A stretch of DNA of 64,000 bases, taken from assembly GCA_012295275.1 (NCBI GenBank), contig CM022672.1, forward strand, positions 26,660,001 to 26,724,000, given 5' to 3'. This DNA comes from Chrysomallon squamiferum (Eukaryota; Animalia; Mollusca). The notes beneath the pieces were generated by a model. It searched no databases and was not told where the DNA came from. It saw only the letters and a program-made list of their open reading frames with translations. How positions within the stretch are numbered: the first letter of the stretch is position 1; the number at the start of each line of letters is the position of its first letter. The position numbers and the translations under genes are program-made. Positions 53,154 through 64,000 of this stretch are shown here, in pieces.

Positions 53154-56100
53154 AACACATCTATAAATTCTATTGTATTGATTCCTTAATTTAAATTGGT
53201 TTTAATTTACTGTAGTTACTCTACATTAATTTTTCTTATATTATTATTTTTTAAATTTAAATTCATTAAGTGTACCTCCAGTGCTGTAAATATAGAGCTT
53301 AAATATTCTGTACTTCCATGTAAAATGTTATAGATACTAGTAAAACACTGGCAAGGATTATATAATTATTATTCAGTCGTAAATTATTATTATTTAAAAC
53401 ATAATATTTTTGTGTGTGACTATATCCATATAAGATTAAAATATTTGTAAAGTTGATAGGATTATTATTTACAAGTCTAAAATTATTATTATTTAAAACA
53501 AATATATTTCTGTATATGAGAGTGTTAAATATTTGCTAAATTCTTGTAAAATTGTGTAATTATTATCTAGAGATTTGTTATTTCTGTATATGACAGGGCC
53601 TTACAATCAATTTGATTTGTAACTCATAATATCAAGTATTTAAATTCTGTAATATTTTCTGTGCAGGTCTGAAGAAAAAGAACTCACTGACAAACGTTAC
53701 ATTGCCAGATGACTTGAACAAGGATGGTGACAGCAGCGATGTAGACAATGTGAAAAACAAACAGGTTGATGAAGTGTTGGTTGTTTCATTTGGAGTCCCC
53801 ACAGACTGTCCTGGGATGCTGTCTGAAAGCAAGGTTTGTGTGTTATTAAATGTGTTTATGTGAATTAGTGTGCTAGAACCTTGCATATAGTACATGATAC
53901 ACTGAAAATATTCTATATTATTATTATTTTTCTTTGTAAAAGTTTGTAAAATTATTAATGAAAATCTTAAATGTCTTGCTGAAACTATTGTTCTTTTATA
54001 ATAATGTCCTTTGCTAAGGTTTCTTTAAATATTTATTCATTTATAAAAAGAAAAAATTCCTTGGAAAGTTGTGGAAATAAAATTATTATTTTTCCTTTAG
54101 ATAAAAGCAATAATAAAAGTACAAATACATCAGTATTTAATGAAGTCAATTTTAATGGTAATTTTAATGGTATCAACACGTTTGTTCAAGTGTCGAACTG
54201 AAAATACTGATTAGTCTATTTCATTTGTAATAAGTAATGTTCAAATTTATTTAAATTTTAGTTTTTTTAAATGTATTCTTTTAACCTTTTCATGTATTAC
54301 CTATTTTAAAATCTGGCATTAGAATTTTTTACTGAATGTGTCTATATCTATCTATTACGCATGTATGTATGTGGATGAATCAATGGATGGATAGATAGAT
54401 TTATACATACATATGATAGATATAGACCCATGTATGCATATGTACATATCTCTGTGTGTGTTTCTGTGTGTATATTCCAGATTTTATCGTGGGAACAAGA
54501 AAACCGCCGTCGCAGAGTGAAGTACAACCCAGTGTTACAGACTGACAACAACGTTCACGTCGTTGGAGTGGAAATACAAGAAAAAAGAACCAGATTTTCT
54601 CTGTCACATGATCAGGAATCTCTAGGTATGTAATTTAAACACATTTATATTCATTAACTGCTGTCTTTGAAGATTAAAAAATATATATATATACTAAAGA
54701 GAATCACTGTTGTGATCTCACAAAGAAAGGTAGATGCAAAATCTTTCTGTTTAACCCTACTGAGATATAAATTTTCATGTTCCACTGAATAGTTTATTAA
54801 ACACCCAATTTTATTGTCAGTAGGAAGATGTAGATAATATAACTGATCTGTTTCAGGAAGGATTACAAATGATGTGCTGTTACAGAAAATCCAGATTGAC
54901 CATTTATAACCATTAAAATACCTTAGATATTCTTAAAATAAATATTTTTAACTTTTTTTTCAGTTTTATTATTTATTTATTTATTTTAATTTGATTATTT
55001 ATTAGTTTTAGGTTATTTATAAATCTGTTTTTAATTTAATTATTTTTTATTTTTTTTGCTGCCAGGCAATACCAGCGACTATCAAGAAGCAATTTCTGAG
55101 GCAGCATCGAGTCATTCCTTCGACCAGGACAATGACCTAGAAAATGACATCAACGACAACTTCTCTGACATGATGTCAGCAAACGTCAGTGGGCGAGGAT
55201 CACCGAGCATCAGTGGACGTGACACACCTTTGTCTCAGGTGGGCAGTGTTGAAGAGAGACCCCCAACTGAACTACCTGTGCCAGTGCCCGAGACTGTGAG
55301 AAAACAGAACAGGGAAGACGTAACTGAGAGATTTGGGAAGTTTGAACTCGAAAATATGATAAGTATGAGATAATTAAGACTGTTCGTAATTTGAAGAAAT
55401 ATATTGTTTTAATTCTTTTAATTAAAAAATTTCTGACAAATTTTAAATCAAATGAAACCAGTCTTATGGCTCTCTTCAGTGTGCCAGTTTATTTCATCAA
55501 AGAGCATGGTATGTGCTTTCCTGTCAGAAGATGCTTGTAAATTGGCAAGTAGCCGTCTCTGTCATTAATTTACTAACATTTTCATGTTTACCTAATAATC
55601 TGTTAAAACAATATGTATTAGTTTGATTTAAAAAAAAAAAAAAAAAAATTCTACTTTATTATTCGCAGTTTGGTTCAAATAATTATTTAGAAATATATTA
55701 AACATATTTAACATGTTAATCATTACTACCAAACTTTACATGTCATTGCCACCAGATTTTACATATCAGTGTCACCAGACTTTACATGCCAGTGTCACCA
55801 GACTGTACATGCCAGTGTCACCAGACTGTACATGCCAGTGTCACTGGACTTTACATGTCAGAGTCACCAGACTTTACATGTCAGTGTCACCAGACTTTAC
55901 ATGTCAGTGTCACCAGATTTTACATGTCATTTGGTTGTATGATCATGTCTGATTTGCTGTAATTGCAGAAGATGACACTAAGTCCACTGTGAGTGATACG
56001 TGGAGTACAGACGTACTGGCGAGTGACTCTGAACCTCCAGAATCAAACCAGCTCGAGAGACTGGAAGAAGTAGCTGAGGACATTGTCAGACCATTCCTGT

Positions 56101-59100
56101 TAGCCAGAGAACCAGAACCTGAAAATCCTTTTGTAAGTTTATTACTGTATACACAATAGTACTATTTCTTTTTATTTGGACTAGTGAGAATTCTTTCATA
56201 ATAATAAAGTATGGCAGTAATGTAAGAAGCTTTGTAAAGAAACTCTGAGGCTGCCATTTTCAGTTATTTCTTGCCACAGACTGATGATCCTTTTCTAAGT
56301 GTATTTTTATATACAATTAAGTAACTGTTTTATTTGACTGTAGATGCCATTCTTTGAATATATATATATATATATATATAATAGCTTTGTGAAAATCTTA
56401 GCAGCTGCCATTTTCAGCTATTTTTGTTATGCGTAAAACTAAAGTAAAAAAGAAATAAAAAGAAACCAGTTTGTTTGTCTAACTTTAACATGAGCAAAAG
56501 AACCATTGATGTAGTTGTTTTATTTATTATGATGTATATTATTTGTATTATGATTTTATATAATATTTTATAAAAGTACAAAAGTTTTTTTTTATTTTTT
56601 AAATGGCATGAATCTACATGGGCTTGTTACATTATAAGCTTATTATGATACTTTAATTAGGTGGTGTTGAAATTTAAATAAATAAATTACTGGGGTGGTA
56701 TAAAATACTTATTCTGACTGTATTTGAAATGGTTGGTGTTGAATTTAAATAAAATAAATAACTGATAATGTGCAAAATTTATTAGACTGAATATATATCC
56801 TTACCACTTTGGGTAAAAATCTTGTTTTTTCTTTCTTTATGACTGTCATTATTATGCAGTTTTCAGCATTTAAATATACTTCAAATATCTTCATATTTGT
56901 CATTATTATGTCACCTCCAGCATTTGATATACTGTCCATTTCTGTTTACATTTTTACCTGTCCCACACTATTCAGGTAATCATCTTTTCTGCTTTGTTTT
57001 CAGCATGTGACAGTGTCAGAGATCTCAGAGACAGCCAGCGAGTCTGCGTGGAGTACTGACGTCCTGGCAAGTGACACTGACGACAAACAGTCAGAGCTGT
57101 TGACAGATCTTGAGCAGGTCTCACTAGAGTTATAATTAGTTTCAATACTGTTGTAATTGGTTTGAGTACTGTTATAATTCATTTCAATACTGTTGTAATT
57201 GGTTTCAGTACTATTATAATTGGTTTCAGTACTGTTATAACCGGTTTCAGTACTGTTATAACCGGTTTCAGTACTATTATAATTGGTTTCAATACTTCTA
57301 TAATTGGAATCAATATTGTTATAATTGGTTTCAGTACTGTTATTATTGGTTTCAGTACTGTTATAAATAGTTTCAGTATTGTTATAATTGATTACAAAAC
57401 TATTATTATTGGTTTTAATACTTGATAATTATTGAAAATATCTACCAACTTAATTTAGGTTGTTCTTGTACTGTGCATCATTTTATTAATTTGATTTTAT
57501 CAGTTAATTTTTTTTTTATGTAATAAATGTGTAAAACAGTAGTAAAACATGAATCTTATTTGAAATGTGATAAATCTGGGAGCTCTCTACAAAATATTAC
57601 AAAAATATTGATACTGTTTGTAAGCATATCTGAAAAAACAAATACCCCCCCAAAAAAAAAAAAAAAAAAACAAAGAAACTACAAAACCCAGTTTATTTCT
57701 GTCCATTTGTGTGCAAGCCAGTGAGTGTAACTAAAGCCAAACATTTAACATTCATTCCTTTTGTAATTTATAGTTGTGACATTTTCTCTAATTAGTCATT
57801 TATTTTACGAGAAATTAATATTATTTTAAATAATGTGTCTTATGTTTATTTTGTTAATTTATTTATTCTTTTAGTGATATTTCATTTTGCTTTTTCTGTT
57901 GCCTTTTTTTTTTACTGACACCCACTTATCCATTAAACATTCCTTCATTTATCCATCCATCCTTTCATTCATTCATTCTTTCATTTGTGATTCCAGGAGG
58001 AAATGAATAACACTATGGAGCGGTCTGACTTGGACAGTATGGAGGAAACTCCTCTGGCATCTGGTTTGTTTTAAAGAATAATTGAAGCATAACATATTTG
58101 CCTTATTAATCTGATTAAATGGTGCAAGAGTTGTCCTGTTTATTCATTCATTAGTTATTAGCGGGGTTAACTGTCAAAATGTAAGTTTGCTATATTCTCC
58201 TCTCTGCGCTTAAACTTCTGACCTCAACAGAAAACTGTGCAGACAAATCCAGACTGTTGGCTTATAAGCCTAGTAAAGACCCAGTGGATGACTGATTCAT
58301 TACATATTTGTTGTTACTTGCATAAAAAGGTTTGATTTATTCATAGCCAAAATATTTTCAAAAATCTTTTATGTCATTTCACATAATTCATCGTCTATTT
58401 TATATTTTATTTTATTTTTAAAAGATGTTTATCTTTGCAGGAGGACACAGTCCAACAGGTGAGAGAGACGCTGACAATGTAGGAGCAGCTGCTGGTGGTC
58501 GCGGTGCAGACTGTCTACAGTGTATAGAAATAACAAAGCTGAATCAAGACTCTTCGCTTGGCCCTGACGAGGAGGACGTGTTTGCCGATGACGGTGACCC
58601 AAGATGTGTGAGCAACATCATTGAGAATTTTGAACACACGGATAACTTGCAGACCTCACAGAAGAGACCACTGTCAGACTCACTGCAGAATGCTGAGGGA
58701 CGAGTGAGAACTGTTCTCTCAACCTTCGAGCCCGTCAGTGCTGATGAGCCCAGCAAAGGAGGCAGCAGTCTTGTACTGACAAAGGAAGTAAAGAACCTGG
58801 GTGCTCGACCAAAGGAGCTTGGAAAGAAACCAAAGTACACGAAGCATCATCGTGCTTTTAATGCTGACAAAGTGGCAGCCTGGGCAAAGACAAATGGGTC
58901 TGAGAAAGATATGGAAGTTCCTGTTGTCAATGATATTGCTGATAGAAACAGTACTGAAGCCAACCTCGGTACCAAGGCAGATGTCTCCCAGTCACAGACT
59001 AATGCTGTTGTTGCCGGTGACTTCTCCAAGGAGAATGATGCCAGTGTTATGTCAGTGGATGTTGAATCCATCACAGAGAGTGTTGAAACGCTAAAAGTAA

Positions 59101-62100
59101 CTGAACAACAGAACACCAATCTAGGTCAAGTTCGACTGTCTGCAGCTCTGACCATGTTTGACCCACTCTCTCCTGAAGTCAATGATGTCCCAGTTCCTGC
59201 CACATCACCAAGAGTTTCAGCATCCTCACCACTGACACCAACACAGTTGTTTCCAGAGCCCGTTCAACAACCAAAAAGTGAAATTCTCATTTCCATTTCC
59301 AAGTCTGAAGATCTTCAGAGCTTTGATGGCAAGAGTCACCCTAGTGTTTCCATGGAAACACTGCATGCAGGCACCTTGGGCAATATGTCTGGAAGGAGGG
59401 ACAGCTCTGACAGCAGCCACTCGGCATCATCCTTGCATTTAACTGATGGTGTTACCAAGGATTCCAGTGGAGATAATATTTCCCAGAAGTCCAGTGCTGA
59501 TAATGTATCCTTGAGATCGGATGAAAAGGTGATATACGTAGTACATTTTGATGTGTAACAGCAGTTTTATTTTTATTATAAAAAAGTTTGTTCTGAAGTG
59601 TCTGTCATAGGAAATCAAATATAGTATTAATTTATTAATTTATTTTTGAAACTGTAATGGTCATGACTAACTACTTAAGAGTAAATTTCAGTTTGTAATA
59701 CCAATCCTATTGCTTTGATTTGATAACTTGTATTGTACATTTTATTGGATAGTAATAATTTTTACAGGAGTTTTCCGAAGACGACGAACGAGCCAATGGA
59801 AAGAATGGGAAAAAGGGTTTTTTGAAATATTTAGAAGTAAGATAAACAAAGGTAATACTTACATGAAATCTTACACTATGTGGCTAATTGTTTACATAAG
59901 TCTTTGAATGACTACTATATTTGTTGTGAATATATTAGTATTTATGTTAAATAAAATAATACTGAGGAACTGATAAAGATTTGCAACATCATAGAAAGAT
60001 ACAAGAACACAGACTGTATGTCTGAATTGTTAAATGTAGACTTAGCCTGTAACATTTCTACCCACAGCATAAAATTGAATGATAACACAAAATATGCTCA
60101 TTATCCAAATGTATAAATAAAATACCATAGTTCAACTGAAGCATGATACGGTAAATTATACTAAAAAATTTAAGTCACATTATTATTATTGTTCTTGTTC
60201 TTGTTGTTGTTAATAACCTTATGTTCTAGGCTAGTTGTATATTTCATTAGTAAATGTAAGTGATTTAAAAATTATTTTTAATTTTCAGGCATAAAAAGAA
60301 GAACTGCTAAGAGTGAGCCAGATGTTGGAAGTAAGTAAATAATTTCTTTACAAACTTAAAATTTAACATCCTGCAAGTTTGTGTTCTTACAAGGTGTTAT
60401 TGTTTGAGATACAGAAAAACTTTAAATTGAATGTAAACATACATATATACACAGCAGTATGTGTGATTAATACAATAGCATAGACTTGCAGGAAATATTC
60501 TTAATAAAAGTTAATAACAGAAATATGGTAAACAGAGTTATCAGAATTATAAACCATCATTATTGCTGTTAGCCACATTTCACTAGAATAGTTTTAGTAT
60601 ATTTTATTAATGCACCATTATTCAGCTTACTGTAAAAGTATAAACTCACACTTTTTGTGTAGGAACAAGTTTAGGTTATTGGAGAAAGAATGTAAAAGCG
60701 TGAAATGAAAGAAATTTAAATTTTAGTTTTGACTTTACTGTTGGTAGTTTAGGAAAATGTAGTATAATGAGTGTGTGTGTGTGTGTGTGTGTGTGTGTCT
60801 ACATTTAGATATAGATATATGTATGCATGCATATATGTATATATATATATATGGTGTCTGTTGGTGAAGTCAGCATTGCTAATACCTTTCTGCAGGTGGT
60901 GAAGGTGTGTTTGGTAGATACATTCATGGTACTGCCATGACTCCAGGTGAAGTGGTGGAGGGCATCCGACCAGGTAAATACAAACAGATATTGAGGTAAT
61001 AATAACATAGATTATCACATGAAGAATTTTTAATTCCATTTTACCTATGTTAAGCAAAATGTTGTATGATTTTTTTTTATTATTATTATTATTATTAAAA
61101 ATATTTTCATGGCATTTTGTTTTGCTACATTTGTTTTCTTATCTGGATGGGACTGTTATGGGTTTGATGTTTAAATTAAAAATAATTAGGTAATAATTTA
61201 GTGTGTGAGGAGGTTTTATTTTGTTTAATTATCTAAGACTACAAAATAATACATAAACGTTTAAAAGGTATTATACATGATGATTTTACTCAGTTTATGT
61301 TAACCATAGGTTACAGAAAATATATAAAAAATAGCAACCAAAACCTCTAGAAAAATCTGAAGATTATTTCTATTTCTCACTAAACTTGATTAGTAATGTG
61401 AAGTTCCATACTTTCAGAAACATCAGATGATATTCTCGACAAGTACCGCAAGAAAACAAGCCGTGACCCGATGCTTGAAGAAAACAGTGATCTCACTGAC
61501 TCAGCCTACCAGAGTCAGAGCAAAGATGACAAGCTTCTGTCCCGGGATGAAGAAGACCTACCCCCGTTCTACGATCCTGCCAACCTCGAAACCTGCTTTG
61601 CCTTTCAGGATGCCAAGCGGAAACTCAGGATGGTGCTCAGCACCGCAGATTTTCAACAGGGCATCAATCCTCTTCATCATCTACTGACAGAACAGCCAGA
61701 AAGTCCTCGAGAAGGAGGTGGAGGAGGAATGAAGAAAGACAATGAGCTCATCACATTACTCAGAGCTCAGCTGGTTGAGGCTATAAATCTGCAGAACAAA
61801 GACACTGTGGCCCAGCTGCATGAAGTGATTAGATGTATTAGACAGTTTGATAATGATGGGTAAGATATTTCAAGTACTGAAGTGATTAGATGTATTAGAC
61901 AGTTTGATAATGATGGGTAAGATATTTCAAGTACTGAAGTGATTAGATGTATTAGACAGTTTGATAATGATGGGTAAGATATTTGATGTATTAGACAGTT
62001 TGATAATGATGGGTAAGATATTTCAAGTATTCATCATCTTTCAAGGATATTATGCTGGAAATAATTATTATTATTACTTAGTTACTGAAAATGTTATTTG

Positions 62101-63441
62101 ATTTTATTATATTGTATTTTATTTGATTTTTATTAATATTTTTTATTTTTTTTATTTTTATTTTTTATTTAGTCATTTTTTTTTTTTTATTTATTTATTT
62201 ATTATTATTATTTTTTTATGAATTTTTTTTAAAAAAACTTTTAGTTTGGAAACATAATTAAAGATTCTTAACTTCATTTTCTTCACACATCTTTTTTTTT
62301 CCTCCATAATTTTTAAAAAATAATAAAAATATTTTCTCATATTCAGATGTAAGAAGCTGATACGTGCATTGCGAGAAGAGTACAGAAACAGGTCTGCGTA
62401 CATCTCCTATTTGGTGCGATGTCGCCAGGGACTTCTCATGTCTCTGTCTCACTTGCAACAGTTACTCAACAGAGCTCAGAGGTTAGTCCAGATTCACGCA
62501 GTATTGCTTTTATTTTATTCCATAAATGTTATAAACATTTTCCTCTGTAGCTGAGAGGCAGAGAATTTGTCAGAGAATTGAGAAGATTTGGGAACTCTTG
62601 TCTTTCAAGATTCTGTTTGTCTACATTATTATTATTTTTTTTTTTTTTGGCAGATTGTCAACTCACATCTCAAATGTTTCTTGTCTCATCCTGAAATTTA
62701 TAAATCATATTATAAATTTCTGATTTAACAGGATTTCAAAATACAAGTTCATAACTCGAGGAACTCTGTCAACCTGATTCTTGAATAATCTCAGATTGCA
62801 ACACATTTCTAATCTTTATTGGTTAATTAAAGATAAATACATTGAAAACAGATACATACAATGATATGTAATATAAACATATGCTGAGATGGTGTTTAAA
62901 AACAGTACTGATGTATTTTTCAGAGACAAGGAGATTTGTAACAAACACCTGGTAAATGTCTGTGTTCGACTGTTCATTGAAAAGAGGGAGAAGCAGGTTC
63001 TGTATTTTATATCAGACTTCCAGAAGCTCACTGCTGCTGATGACAAGGTCTGTTGCATGTATTTTCCTTTTTTTTTCAAAATAATATATTATTTGTAAAT
63101 AGTAATTATCTGCGTCTGATGAGTACAGGTAAATCTCCAGTATGGTGTAATTAATTTTCTTCTGACAGTGTTTGAACTGTAGAAATATTTTTTTTATATA
63201 CACATTATCTTCCCAATTCTTTCTTTCGTTTATTGTCCTTTTCTGGTATCTCTCTGTTCAAGTTTTTAATTTTAATAATTTTTTATTTTGAGGGTGTATG
63301 TGTTTAAGTGAGATAAAGTAATATAAATGAATATAATTAAACTTTCATTTGTAACAAATTGTGTTTTCTTCTAGACTTACCTTGTGGAAAAGTTTCTGCA
63401 GCTGTTGTATAAGGAAATGGAACAAGATCCAATATGGAAAG
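50302..63441 (+). CDS. GAPVD1: GTPase-activating protein and VPS9 domain-containing protein 1 (GAPex-5/RME-6 ortholog), 3'-partial
   Basis: N-terminus HLRQERLF, RasGAP-like [23 protein letters not shown] and [15 protein letters not shown], then [27 protein letters not shown] (x2), DDILDKYR and [11 protein letters not shown]. Exons: 50302-51420, 52001-52132, 52352-52550, 53667-53833, 54481-54625, 55066-55362, 55969-56132, 57004-57117, 57997-58063, 58441-59528, 59768-~59851 (phase problem), 60289-60330, 60896-60973, 61418-61859, 62347-62481, 62924-63047, 63375-63441. The VPS9 domain should lie beyond the window. Confidence 0.93.
55729..55929. repeat. 23-bp intronic minisatellite (CCAGACTTTACATGYCAGTGTCA), ~8-9 units
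   Basis: CCAGA at 55752 and 55775 gives period 23. Ends ~40 nt upstream of the acceptor at 55968. Confidence 0.9.
57130..57430. repeat. 21-bp intronic minisatellite (TAATTGGTTTCAGTACTGTTA), ~14 units
   Basis: Direct reading. Produces the spurious IGFSTVI-repeat ORF. Confidence 0.9.
61821..62029 (+). repeat. 57-bp tandem repeat of a GAPVD1 exon end plus splice donor (about 3.7 copies)
   Basis: TGAAGTGATTAGATGTATTAGACAGTTTGATAATGATGG|GTAAGATATTTCAAGTAC starts at 61821, 61878 and 61935, with a partial unit at 61985. Confidence 0.92.
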
Positions 63442-64000
63442 GTAACAGAAGATATGTTTTTTTCATTACAACCTTATTTATTTATTTATCACAGAACATT
63501 GATTACAATGTCAATAATGTGCATGGTTACAGTGTTTGAACTGAAGAAATATTTTGTGTATATATGGATGTTTTCCTTCAGTTTCTTTTTTTATTTCTCT
63601 TTTTTGTTTTTTTATTTCTATGCTGTTGTTGGTGGTGTTTTGTGGGCTTTTTTTTCATGTGTATATGTCTGTTTAAGTGAAGTGCAGTAATTAAAAATAT
63701 ATAATTAATTTAACTTTCATTTACAACAAATTAATTGTCTTTTCTTCTAGAAATCAAAAAAATTATTCATGACTTGAATGCTGAATGTTTTCAAAGGATA
63801 TAGTTAATAAAATTCCCATTAACATTCAGATAGCTCTGTTTCTCTGTATCTGACAGAACATACTGACAACAAATTTTTTATATATATATATTGTTTGGAG
63901 TCTTGACATTTCAGACATCCAGTTTTTTTATTCCTAGAGGGAATGAATATTCAGGGGGTGGGGGACAAATATTCTCTGACACTGGTGTTGTAAATTGAGC

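Noticed and set aside
57162-57425. 87-aa hydrophobic repeat protein (IGFSTVI)n
   Set aside because: In-frame translation of a 21-bp intronic minisatellite.

Overview
AT-rich, microsatellite-dense, spliced (GT-AG) animal genomic DNA, probably an invertebrate (a mollusc is my guess, not established). From left to right: (1) the last two recognisable coding exons and long 3' region of an unidentified + strand gene (1.9-8.4 kb); (2) two tRNA-derived SINE-like copies, a gene-less promoter remnant and a ~0.5 kb inverted repeat (11-14 kb); (3) a cluster of five FAD-dependent amine oxidase (polyamine-oxidase-like) genes, three on + (15.2-34.6 kb) and two on - (38.8-46.0 kb), each with a small signal-peptide exon and one intronless catalytic exon; (4) a full-length, young Ty3/Gypsy (Mag-like) LTR retrotransposon (19100-23979), 37-bp minisatellites and a hAT-like MITE inside the duplicated units; (5) most of GAPVD1 (50.3 kb to beyond the window end). 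The most interesting system is the oxidase cluster. The genes appear secreted, and their hydrophobic (GPI-like) C-terminal tail is in frame in two copies and shifted out of frame by small indels in three. They seem to lack the canonical active-site Lys and one aromatic-cage residue, carry a hypervariable patch, and show unequal crossover and gene conversion. All alignments were done by eye, and some single-base frameshifts may be assembly errors.
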